64,000 nt of DNA from Fibrobacterota bacterium (GTDB taxonomy: Bacteria > Fibrobacterota > Chitinivibrionia > Chitinivibrionales > FEN-1185): contig PLWQ01000025.1 in assembly GCA_003165595.1 (NCBI GenBank), forward strand, positions 39,093 to 103,092, given 5' to 3'. The notes under the pieces are model-generated. The model was not told the origin of the DNA, made no database searches, and saw only the letters and a program-made list of their open reading frames with translations. Shown here piece after piece: positions 49,707-58,183 of this stretch. Position 1 is the stretch's first letter. The number at the start of each line of letters is the position of its first letter. The translations under genes were made by a program, and so were the position numbers.

Positions 49707-50984
49707 ATGATTGTGCTCGTTTCAGGTATACTCGCCGCCAGCCTCACGGCTTGCGGCTGGCTCTTCTTTGTGTACAGAAAGGAAAAGAACAAGGCCGGCT
49801 ATTTTGAACGAGCGCTTGATGCAAAGAACCAGCGCCACGACACCACGATAACCGAAAAGATAACGCTGAGCAAGAAGCAACTCGAAACTGCATTCGACGC
49901 CATAACCGATCTCATTTGCGCGCTGGATTCCGACCTTCGCATCACCAGGGTAAACAAGAGCTACGCCGCGTTCGTCGGCGTGCCGATTCCCAAGCTTTTG
50001 GGCAGGCATTGCTGGGAGGCGTTCTGGAGCCGGGCCGAGCCGTGCGACCACTGCCCCGCGCAAATGACCTTTGCAACGGGGAAGCCCGTGCTCAAACACC
50101 AGATCAAAATGCCCGACAAAGACCGCCCGCGGTATTTTACCGTTGCGACATACCCGGTGCTCGACGCCGCGGGCAAGCCGCAGAATGTCATTGAACATAT
50201 TCGCGACAGCACCGACGAAAAAGTGATCCTCGAACAACTCATTCGCTCGGAAAAGCTTGCCTCCATCGGCACCATGACCGCAGGCATTGCGCACGAGATG
50301 ATCAATCCGCTGTCCGGCATATCCGGCACTGCGGGCAACATGCTGCAGATGCCCGGCAAGTACGGGCTTAACGAAAAGGGCGTTGCCCGCGTTACCGCGA
50401 TCCTGGACGCTTCCTCGCGCGCAAGCGCCATTGTAAAGGACTTGCTTCACCTGTCCCGCAAGGAGGACGGCACATCGATGCTCACGGATGTCAATAGTCT
50501 GGTACTCAAGGCCGTGGAGGCGGTGCGGCTCAAGGGTTTCCCGTCCCTGGAACACAAGATCAACCTTGACACTGCGCTTGCCCGGGTGCTCTGCGACCCG
50601 ACCAAAATCCAGCAGGTTATCATTAACCTCGTGACCAATGCGGTGCAATCGGTGCTCGAAAAGAAGTCGAATCTCGCGCGCGAACACCGCTCATTTTCCG
50701 GGCTTATTCTTATATCGACGCAAACCGAGGACGACAAGGTCCGCGTCGACATTTCCGACAACGGCACCGGCGTTGCCGACGACATAAAAGGGAAGATCTT
50801 CGACCCGTTCTTTACGACACGGCCCCCGGGCGAGGGCACAGGGCTTGGGCTTTCCATCTGCCAGAAGATCGTCGACGAGCATCAGGGACGTATTTTCTTT
50901 GAAAGCACCGAATCGCTCACCACGTTTTCACTCTTGCTTCCCGCCTATCGCCCGCGTCCGGAGAGCACACAGGAGCCCGCCTGA
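49707..50984 (+). CDS. PAS-domain sensor histidine kinase
   Basis: ATG 49707 is used. One TM, a PAS region, H-box GIAHEMINPLSG, N-box LVTNAVQS, G-boxes DNGTGV and GTGLGLSI. Confidence 0.85.
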   Translation: MIVLVSGILAASLTACGWLFFVYRKEKNKAGYFERALDAKNQRHDTTITEKITLSKKQLETAFDAITDLICALDSDLRITRVNKSYAAFVGVPIPKLLGRHCWEAFWSRAEPCDHCPAQMTFATGKPVLKHQIKMPDKDRPRYFTVATYPVLDAAGKPQNVIEHIRDSTDEKVILEQLIRSEKLASIGTMTAGIAHEMINPLSGISGTAGNMLQMPGKYGLNEKGVARVTAILDASSRASAIVKDLLHLSRKEDGTSMLTDVNSLVLKAVEAVRLKGFPSLEHKINLDTALARVLCDPTKIQQVIINLVTNAVQSVLEKKSNLAREHRSFSGLILISTQTEDDKVRVDISDNGTGVADDIKGKIFDPFFTTRPPGEGTGLGLSICQKIVDEHQGRIFFESTESLTTFSLLLPAYRPRPESTQEPA

Positions 50985-51883
50985 TGTACAGCATCCTCAT
51001 CGTCGATGACGAAGTGTCGATTCGCACCATGCTGCTCGATTATCTCGAAGGAACGTACGAGGTGATCACGGCGGAAAACGGCGAAGCAGCGCTTGCTTTG
51101 TGCGAGCAGCGGCCGTTCGATATGGTGATATCCGACATCAACATGCCGGGCATCAAAGGCCCGCAGCTCCTGGCGGAAATCAGGCGGTTGTATCCGGCGA
51201 CCCACACGGTGCTTATCACCGCGTATAACGTGGACGATTATGTCCGGCTGGCGCGCAGAAGCGGAGTTTCGAATATCATTCCCAAAACATCGCCCTTCAA
51301 TTTCGGCGAGCTCGACGCGCTGGTGAGCGGTCTGCTCAGCGGCAATATTTTCGGCCTTGCCCGGTACATGCAGCCCCAGCACTACACGCTTCTTGGAACG
51401 TTTGAAATCCGGTCGTCCCACGACGCAAAGGACGTGCGGGAGGCGGCCGTGGAGCTGCTCACCGAAAAGCTCGGCGCGGCGGGCGACATGCGCCTGATAC
51501 TCGACGAGATTGTGACTAATGCCGTGTACCACGCGCCGGCATTTCCGGACGGTACCGAGAAATACGAGGAGTTTTCCGACGTCACGCTCGCGCCCGGCGA
51601 ATACATACACCTGGAGTGCGGCCACGACGGGGAAAAATACGGGATTTCCATTGCGGACGATATGGGCAGGTTAACAAAGGAGACCGTTTTGTTCAAGATA
51701 GAACGGCAGATGTCCGGCGAGGGCGTGCTCGACGATTCGGGCAGGGGGCTGCACATGAGCCGGCTTTTTTCCGACCGGATGATCATCAACATTGCCCCAA
51801 AAAAGAGGACCGAAGTGATTCTCATCAATTATTTTTCGCACAAGTACCGTGGCTACAAGCCGCTGTACATCAACGAACTGTGA
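50984..51883 (+). CDS. response regulator: REC domain fused to an RsbW/SpoIIAB-like HATPase domain
   Basis: 299 aa. ILIVDDE...DMVISDINMPG...LITAY (REC), then ILDEIVTNAVYHA ... ISIADDMG ... SGRGLHM (GHKL ATPase-like). Its start overlaps the HK stop by 1 nt. Confidence 0.75.
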   Translation: MYSILIVDDEVSIRTMLLDYLEGTYEVITAENGEAALALCEQRPFDMVISDINMPGIKGPQLLAEIRRLYPATHTVLITAYNVDDYVRLARRSGVSNIIPKTSPFNFGELDALVSGLLSGNIFGLARYMQPQHYTLLGTFEIRSSHDAKDVREAAVELLTEKLGAAGDMRLILDEIVTNAVYHAPAFPDGTEKYEEFSDVTLAPGEYIHLECGHDGEKYGISIADDMGRLTKETVLFKIERQMSGEGVLDDSGRGLHMSRLFSDRMIINIAPKKRTEVILINYFSHKYRGYKPLYINEL

Positions 51884-51891
51884 GGCAAGAC

Positions 51892-51990
<99 letters not shown>

Positions 51991-52009
51991 TTTATAGGGG
52001 GTTGACTCA

Positions 52010-52792
52010 ATGATAAACCGGTGCCGCGGCAGGAAGATCAAGCTGCAGGGCTTCAACAGTCTCACCAAGTCTCTCAGTTTCAACATTTACGACATCTGCT
52101 ATGCCCGGTCGAAAGCGTCGCAGAACGACTACCTTGCCCACATCGACGAAGTGTACAATTCGAAGAAGATCCGCACAATCCTCGAAGAAGTCACCAGGAT
52201 CATTGAGGCGAACATCATCAACATGTCGAGCCAGGACTACGAACCGCGCGGTGCGTCGGTGACCGTTCTCATCAACGAGGGGCACCTGTCGGTGCCGCAG
52301 GAGACCGTTGCGCATCTTGACAAGAGCCATATTTCGGCCCACACCTACCCCGAAACCAACCCGGTAACGGGCATAAGCACCTTTCGCGTGGACATCGACG
52401 TCACCACGTGCGGCACGATTTCGCCCCTGCGGGCCCTCGATTTTCTTATTGACAATTTCGATTCCGACATCGTGTTGATGGACTACAAGGTGCGCGGATT
52501 CACGCGCGACGTTCACGGCCGCAAGATTTACATGGACCACGATATCACCTCGATTCAGGATTACATTTCCGACGAGATTCTGGACATCTACAGCGCCTAT
52601 GACATCAATATCGTGTCGGATAATATTTTTCACACCAAGATGATGCAGCGCAAGTTCAATCTCGAGAACTACCTGTTCGGACCCGAAAGCCAGTCGCTCA
52701 CGGGGTCGGCCCGCTCCAAAATCTCAAGCCTCCTGCGCAGGGAGATGCTTGAGATTTTCCAATGCAAGAACATCTATACCTACGACGCATAA
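52010..52792 (+). CDS. speD: S-adenosylmethionine decarboxylase proenzyme (E. coli-type, class 1B)
   Basis: 260 aa. Collinear with E. coli SpeD as I recall it: KLQGFNSLTKSLSFNIYDICY, the self-cleavage site region LDKSHISAHTYPE, and DYKVRGFTRD. Confidence 0.9.
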   Translation: MINRCRGRKIKLQGFNSLTKSLSFNIYDICYARSKASQNDYLAHIDEVYNSKKIRTILEEVTRIIEANIINMSSQDYEPRGASVTVLINEGHLSVPQETVAHLDKSHISAHTYPETNPVTGISTFRVDIDVTTCGTISPLRALDFLIDNFDSDIVLMDYKVRGFTRDVHGRKIYMDHDITSIQDYISDEILDIYSAYDINIVSDNIFHTKMMQRKFNLENYLFGPESQSLTGSARSKISSLLRREMLEIFQCKNIYTYDA

Positions 52793-52793
52793 C

Positions 52794-53735
52794 ATGAATT
52801 CTTCCGGATTCCTCCGCTCCCGCAGGGCCACGCAGCACACCGAGTGGCTCAACAATAATACCGGGTTCTTCTACACGATCAAGCGGCGCCTGCAATTCGG
52901 CGCCACGAAGTATCAGACACTCGAACTCGTTGACACAAACGAATTCGGCCGCGTGCTGATCCTCGACGGCATCACGCAGGCCGCGCAGAAGGGCGAGTGC
53001 TACTATCACGAGCCCATGGTGCACCCGGCCATGTGCACGCATACCTGCCCGCGAAGGGTCCTCGTTATCGGGGCCGGAGACGGCGGCATCATCCGCGAGG
53101 TGCTCAAGTATCCGTGCGTGAAATCCGTTGACCTTGCCGAACTCGACGACGGCGTTATCGCGTTTTCGAGGAAATACCTGCCGTCCGTGCACCAGGGCGC
53201 GTTCGACGATCCCCGGGTCCGGATTCACATTACGGACGGCCGCGAGTTTGTGGAAAGGAACCCGTTGAGCTTCGACATGGTGATCATGGACATGACCGAC
53301 CCGTTCGGGCCTGCAAAATATCTGTACACCAAGGATTTCTTTCTGTTGGTAAAAAAATCGTTTATCGACCGCCGCGGCGTTTTTGCCATGCACACCGAAT
53401 CGCCGGTAGCGCGGCCGCGCACCTTTGCCTGCATCCAGAGCACGCTTCGGTCGGTGTTTCGCCACGTTCGGCCGCTGTATTCCTATATCCACATGTATGC
53501 GACGCTGTGGTCGATAACCGTGTCGTCGGATGTATCTGACATGACCGCCGTTTCCCGGGCCCGGGTCGACAAGAAGCTGTTGCGCTACGGCATCAAGGAC
53601 CTCCGGTTTTACACGGGCCGCATCCACGAATCCAGCCAGGCGTCGTGGCCGTTGCTTGAGGAATTGCTCGAGAAACCCGCCCGAATCCTTACCGACCGGC
53701 GCCCGGACATACCCGACGAAATCGCCCACGAGTGA
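52794..53735 (+). CDS. spermidine-synthase-family aminopropyltransferase, divergent paralog
   Basis: ATG 52794, 1 nt after the speD stop; 313 aa. VLVIGAGDGGIIREVLKY and VIMDMTDPFGP are present. The usual TERDE(F/Y)IYHE reads AAQKGECYYHE. Confidence 0.8.
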   Translation: MNSSGFLRSRRATQHTEWLNNNTGFFYTIKRRLQFGATKYQTLELVDTNEFGRVLILDGITQAAQKGECYYHEPMVHPAMCTHTCPRRVLVIGAGDGGIIREVLKYPCVKSVDLAELDDGVIAFSRKYLPSVHQGAFDDPRVRIHITDGREFVERNPLSFDMVIMDMTDPFGPAKYLYTKDFFLLVKKSFIDRRGVFAMHTESPVARPRTFACIQSTLRSVFRHVRPLYSYIHMYATLWSITVSSDVSDMTAVSRARVDKKLLRYGIKDLRFYTGRIHESSQASWPLLEELLEKPARILTDRRPDIPDEIAHE

Positions 53736-53843
53736 TGTTGTGAGAATGTGGTTAAGGCGTGTTGTGCCGCCCCTACGTAACGTATATTTGATATCCTTTT
53801 TACGTTCCCCTTTCAGAAAGGCGCGCGGCAGAGCTTCTGCCCT

Positions 53844-54944
53844 ATGGATTTTGCAAAACTGAACAAACTCGTTTCGGTCCACGGCACGCCGTCTCTTTTT
53901 CTATCGCAAAGCAGGCTTCGCGAGAGCTATCGGTCTCTGGCCTATGCTTTGCCGGGCGTGGAGCTTTTTTATGCCGTCAAGTCCAATGCCCAGCCGGAGA
54001 TCATCGATATCCTCCAGCAGGAGGGCAGCCTGTTCGACATCTGCACCAACGGCGAGATCGATATCGTCAAGCAATGCGGCGTGCCTGCGGAAAAGTGCAT
54101 GCACACGCACCCCATCAAACGCGATTCGGACATCCGCTATGCGCTCGATTTCGGCGTGACGCTCTTTGTCGTGGACAACGAATTCGAACTCTCGAAATTT
54201 CTCCTGTACAAGGACCGCGCCAGGCTCCTGGTCCGCATGAGCGTCCAGAACCCCTCTTGCATGGTAAACCTGTCGCACAAGTTCGGATGCGCTCCCACCC
54301 AGACATTCTCGCTTATCGAAAAGGCGCACGGCATGGGCCTTTCCGTTGCCGGCATCAGCTTCCATGCCGGTTCACAAAACGAGAATCCCCTTAAATACAT
54401 CGAGGCGCTTGATTTCTGCAGGGACATCTGCCGCAAGGCCGCGCTCAACGGCATAATCCTGAACACCATCGACATCGGCGGCGGATTTCCCATTAACTAC
54501 CTGAATCCCGTGCTGCCCATTCAGCGGTTCTGCCAGCCCATCAACGAATATCTCGAGCGGTACTTTTCCAACTATCGCATTATTGCCGAGCCGGGCAGGG
54601 TGCTGTCCGGGCCATGCATGGTGCTTGCCGCGCGGGTGATGGGCAAGTCCTTGCGCAGCGGCGTGTGGTGGTATTACCTTGACGAAGGATTGTACGGTTC
54701 GTTTTCGGGCAAAATGTTCGACCATGCCGACTACCCGCTTCTTGTACCACGGTCGGGCGAGACGTTCAATTCGGTCCTGGCCGGGCCGACCTGCGACTCG
54801 ATAGACGTGCTGTACGAGAACATCGCGCTTCCGCAGCTTGAGATCGGCGACGTGCTGCTGTTTGATTCCATGGGCGCCTACACCACCGCGAGCGCGACCA
54901 CGTTCAACGGATTTCCAAAAGCGAAAATTGTCGTTATTGACTGA
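53844..54944 (+). CDS. fold-type III PLP-dependent decarboxylase (ornithine/lysine/arginine decarboxylase-like)
   Basis: 366 aa. FYAVKSN (PLP lysine), HAGSQ, IGGGFP, AEPGR, GPTCDSID. Confidence 0.85.
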   Translation: MDFAKLNKLVSVHGTPSLFLSQSRLRESYRSLAYALPGVELFYAVKSNAQPEIIDILQQEGSLFDICTNGEIDIVKQCGVPAEKCMHTHPIKRDSDIRYALDFGVTLFVVDNEFELSKFLLYKDRARLLVRMSVQNPSCMVNLSHKFGCAPTQTFSLIEKAHGMGLSVAGISFHAGSQNENPLKYIEALDFCRDICRKAALNGIILNTIDIGGGFPINYLNPVLPIQRFCQPINEYLERYFSNYRIIAEPGRVLSGPCMVLAARVMGKSLRSGVWWYYLDEGLYGSFSGKMFDHADYPLLVPRSGETFNSVLAGPTCDSIDVLYENIALPQLEIGDVLLFDSMGAYTTASATTFNGFPKAKIVVID

Positions 54945-54962
54945 TAGAAATATAACAAAGAT

Positions 54963-55101
54963 TCACCACAGAGGCACAGAGACACAGAGAGCGCGGAGAT
55001 GAAGAAGTTACAAATTAGAGATTCAAGATTAAAAATTTCTAATCTTTAATTTTCAATCTTTAATCCGTTTTTTCTCGGTGTCCTCTGTGTCTCTGTGGTG
55101 A
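54963..55101. repeat. inverted pair of diverged TCACCACAGAG... repeats flanking an AT-rich core (long hairpin)
   Basis: Plus-strand arm TCACCACAGAGGCACAGAGACACAGAGAGCGCGGAG... starts at 54963. The minus-strand arm reads TCACCACAGAGACACAGAGGACACCGAGAAAAAACGG (55101 down to 55066). It lies entirely in the 185-nt gap between the decarboxylase gene and speE. Confidence 0.8.
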
Positions 55102-55129
55102 GAATTTCTTCTACCTGAAGGAATCTCTT

Positions 55130-56002
55130 ATGGAAACAACTCCTCGGTACGAAACCGGAACCAATGCCTCTTTGTGGCTGGAGAACCTCGTTAACGGCCT
55201 CGCCGGCATTTCCATCCGCGCAAAGCACGCCCTGTACTACGGCGCCAGCCCCTTCCAGAAGATCGAAGTGTTCCACACCTACGCGTTCGGCAAGGTACTT
55301 GTGCTCGCCGACAACATAGTGCTTACCGAGCGCGACGAATACATCTACCACGAGTCGATCGCGCACCCGGCCATGAACATGCACCACGATCCGCGCCGTG
55401 TGTGCGTCATCGGCGGCGGGGACGGCGGGGTGCTGCGGGAGGTGCTCAAGTACAAGGACGTGGACACCGCCCTCGTGGTCGAAATTGACAAAATGGTCAA
55501 AGAGGCGGTCGTGGCCCATTTCCCCGCGCTCGCAAAATCGTTCGCCGACAAGCGGAGCCGTGCCGAATTCGCCGAAGGCTGCTCGTACCTGACGAAATCG
55601 AAGGAACTGTTCGACGTGATCCTCGTTGATTCCTATGATCCGGGCGGGCCGGTGCAGTCTCTGGAAACCACCGATTTTTACAAACTCGTGTACGACCGGC
55701 TCGACAAAGGCGGCATCGCGGTGTTCCAGACCGATTCACCCACTATCCGGGGCGAGTACCTGCGTTCAACGGTGGCCACAATATCGTCGCTTTTTAGCGC
55801 ATTCAAGTTGTATACCTGTACCATGCCCTCGTTCCCCGAGGGCATGTGCAGCTTCGTGATTTGCGCCAAAGACGGTGCTGATCTTGATAAATTCAACGAC
55901 AAACGGTATTCGTCCGTTGCCAAGCGCTGCCATTATTACAATGCAGACATTCACCGCGGCGCGTTTCTGCTGCCGGAATATATCAAGAAAATAATCGCCT
56001 AA
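55130..56002 (+). CDS. speE: spermidine synthase (canonical aminopropyltransferase)
   Basis: 290 aa. LTERDEYIYHESIAHP, VCVIGGGDGGVLREVLKY, ILVDSYDPGGP, and C-terminal YYNADIHRGAFLLP. Confidence 0.9.
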   Translation: METTPRYETGTNASLWLENLVNGLAGISIRAKHALYYGASPFQKIEVFHTYAFGKVLVLADNIVLTERDEYIYHESIAHPAMNMHHDPRRVCVIGGGDGGVLREVLKYKDVDTALVVEIDKMVKEAVVAHFPALAKSFADKRSRAEFAEGCSYLTKSKELFDVILVDSYDPGGPVQSLETTDFYKLVYDRLDKGGIAVFQTDSPTIRGEYLRSTVATISSLFSAFKLYTCTMPSFPEGMCSFVICAKDGADLDKFNDKRYSSVAKRCHYYNADIHRGAFLLPEYIKKIIA

Positions 56003-56008
56003 GTCCAG

Positions 56009-56102
56009 CACCTCACCCTATCACCCCGCCCTTCGGGCACCCCTCTTCCCCTCTCCTTGCCAAGGAGAGGGGAAGAGGGGCTGGGGGAGAAGGGGTGAGG
56101 TG
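56009..56102. repeat. nested GC-rich inverted repeat (17-bp perfect inner stem)
   Basis: Inner stem CCCCTCTTCCCCTCTCC (56040-56056), loop TTGCCAA, GGAGAGGGGAAGAGGGG (56064-56080). Outer arms CACCTCACCC (56009-56018) / GGGTGAGGTG (56093-56102). No T-tract follows. Confidence 0.7.
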
Positions 56103-56124
56103 TGAGACGGAAGAAAGATCCTCC

Positions 56125-56718
56125 ATGCCCAACCCTGCAAAGACCGACTTCGAAATACACCCTCTCCTGAAGAATCGCTACAGCCCGCGTGCATTTCTCG
56201 ACAAGCCGATCGAATCTGCCGTGCTCCGGCGGATTTTCGAGGCAGCCCGATGGTCTGCCTCGTGCCGCAACGACCAGGAATGGTTCTACGTTGCGGGGAT
56301 AAGGAACCAGGGCCCTGCATTTGAGCGAATATGCTCCGTTCTCACCCCGAAGAACCAGGAATGGGCCGCGCACGCGGCCATTCTCGCGATTCTGTGCGGA
56401 CGCGTGACCTTTGCCGACGGCACGACGCCCAACAAGTGGCATGCCTACGATTGCGGCCAGTCCGCGGCCCACCTTACCTTTCAGGCCGCGGCCGAGGGAG
56501 TTTCCGTGCATCAGATGGGCGGATTCGACGCGCAGAAAGCGATAGCCGAGCTTTCTGTTCCAGGCGGATTTCTGCCCCTTGCGGCTATCGCCATGGGCTA
56601 TGCCGGCGATCCCGCTTCGCTTCCGGAACAACTTTCCAAATGGGAAGTTGCGCCGCGAACACGGCGGCCGCAGGCTGAGTTTGTGTTTGACGGCGCCTGG
56701 GGCAAGGCGCTGGAGTGA
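56125..56718 (+). CDS. nitroreductase-family protein
   Basis: ATG 56125; 197 aa. LLKNRYSPRAF...ILEAARWSASCRNDQEW is the nitroreductase N-terminal pattern. Confidence 0.8.
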   Translation: MPNPAKTDFEIHPLLKNRYSPRAFLDKPIESAVLRRIFEAARWSASCRNDQEWFYVAGIRNQGPAFERICSVLTPKNQEWAAHAAILAILCGRVTFADGTTPNKWHAYDCGQSAAHLTFQAAAEGVSVHQMGGFDAQKAIAELSVPGGFLPLAAIAMGYAGDPASLPEQLSKWEVAPRTRRPQAEFVFDGAWGKALE

Positions 56719-57138
56719 TATGGGCGGTTCGAGCATATGAGCACCTTCAACAAATCAAGTTTTTACGACTCCTTCCCTGCATTCCGCGCCATCCCATCCT
56801 TAGCATTATAACCGCACCTGCGCGCAGATCTGACACCAAAGGCCGCCGGCAAACCTAAAAAAAAAGGCTTTTCTGGTCTTTAGGGGAACCACAAGATGTG
56901 GTGTCGCATCAGTCAAGTTGCGCTCGCCGCGGCTTTGCCTCTGTCCCCGATGATTTACAAGGCATAAGCACGATCTCCGTAGTATTGACGATTAGACCCA
57001 ATTCACGTAACGCATTGCTTTATATAGAGTTTGATGTCGGCGACAGGTCCGGCGAGCGTCAAACTACAATAGGTTGCGCTCTTCCGGCAAAAACGCGCTG
57101 CTGAAAAAATAGTATTATGAATATGTTTTATTTTTCTA

Positions 57139-57167
57139 TTGACATTCTTTCAAGTTGGCCATATAAT
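57139..57167 (+). promoter_or_regulatory. consensus sigma-70-type promoter (TTGACA-17 nt-TATAAT)
   Basis: TTGACA at 57139-57144, a 17-nt spacer, TATAAT at 57162-57167. It sits about 205 nt upstream of the first fimbrial subunit ATG. The 10-bp palindrome TAAGCGCTTA lies at 57178-57187. Confidence 0.55.
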
Positions 57168-57373
57168 TACATTTGCTTAAGCGCTTAGATTGAAGTACTA
57201 GAAACGCGCAGCCTAAGAAAAAGTCACCGAACGCATGAAATCAACCAAAAGATATTCGGGGAAGCCCATCAAAGAAGGGGGTGAACGGTAGCAACAAAAA
57301 CACACAGCAGTGCGCAATCGCGCGAGAATGATCAGAGGTCTTGTTTTTGACATTTCACCCAAAGGAGAGACTC

Positions 57374-57953
57374 ATGAATACGCTCAAAAAAATGGCAATC
57401 GCCCTTTCAGTCGTCGCAGTAGTGGGAGCCCCGATAATGGCCGGACAGTATGGAGGTTGGAGGTAACATTCCTCTCGTGAGCACGATTGTCGGCGTCGGC
57501 GTGCTGTCCCTGGACCTTAGCAGCCCGGGCAACATGGTGAATATCGCCGCATTCATTGTAAACGAGAATGATGCAAGTTTCACCGTGAACTGGACTCTTG
57601 GAAATCAGGGCGTTTTTAAGACTTCCGGCGGGCAATCAATCGCAATGTCCGATGCGTCAATCGTGGAAGGCCTGGCAACCGGTACCGGCAGCTATGTTGC
57701 TGGAACCGCCCTTGCCCGCAAGTTTATCAAAGGCACACCGGAGAAAGTCCTCACCGCCGCAGAGATTACCGCTGATGCTGATGGAACACTTACAGGCGAT
57801 CTGAATGCAGTTGCCGGCCTCACCTGGACCGACAACCAGACAGCTGCGACCATCGATGATGAAATCTTCTTGAATGCGTCCTGGGCTACCAACAAGACCG
57901 CGTTGTACGGGCTGTATCTGGAAACAATTACCTACACTATTGTTGCGAACTAA
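57374..57953 (+). pseudogene. fimbrial (chaperone-usher-type) subunit, frameshifted by a 7-bp tandem duplication
   Basis: ATG 57374 (AAGGAG upstream) encodes a signal peptide, MNTLKKMAIALSVVAVVGAPIMAGQYGGWR, and stops at 57464-57466. The 167-aa body ORF (57450-57953) is in the +1 frame. TGGAGGT occurs twice in tandem (57451-57457 and 57458-57464). Deleting one copy fuses the two frames (…AGQYGGNIPLVSTIVG…). Confidence 0.6.
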
Positions 57954-57984
57954 ACCGTTCAGCCTAGTCCAACTTTCAGTAAAA

Positions 57985-58010
57985 AGAGGGCATCATGCCC
58001 TCTTTTTTTT
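57985..58010 (+). terminator. Rho-independent terminator after the first subunit gene
   Basis: AGAGGGCA-TCA-TGCCCTCT (57985-58003) followed by T7 (58004-58010). It starts 32 nt after the stop codon. Confidence 0.65.
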
Positions 58011-58016
58011 ATGCTC

Positions 58017-58046
58017 TTGTAAGTTCGCTGTCCGCATTTATATAAT
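58017..58046 (+). promoter_or_regulatory. possible internal promoter (TTGTAA-18 nt-TATAAT)
   Basis: TTGTAA at 58017-58022 and TATAAT at 58041-58046. It lies just after the terminator and 138 nt before the second subunit gene. Confidence 0.35.
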
Positions 58047-58183
58047 TGATATGTTGTTAAATGACGCGGGGCTCACCCCGGTCTTGGCCCAGGGTTTGTT
58101 GAACTCACGCATCTTCCGGGCGGGCGTGTTCGCGTGCGCCCCAAGCCCTTTGAAGCTGCGGAACAATCTTCGGAAACTGAAGC

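Noticed and set aside
57168-57373. Riboswitch (for example c-di-GMP) in the ~205-nt leader of the fimbrial operon.
   Set aside because: I could not recognise any known riboswitch consensus by eye. Only a 10-bp palindrome (57178-57187) is present near the predicted start. This needs an Rfam scan.
57450-57953. Treating the 167-aa ORF as an independent gene starting at ATG 57450.
   Set aside because: - There is no ribosome-binding site, and a protein that must be periplasmic would lack a signal peptide.
- An upstream ORF with a good RBS supplies exactly the missing signal peptide.
- A 7-bp tandem duplication explains the frame change.
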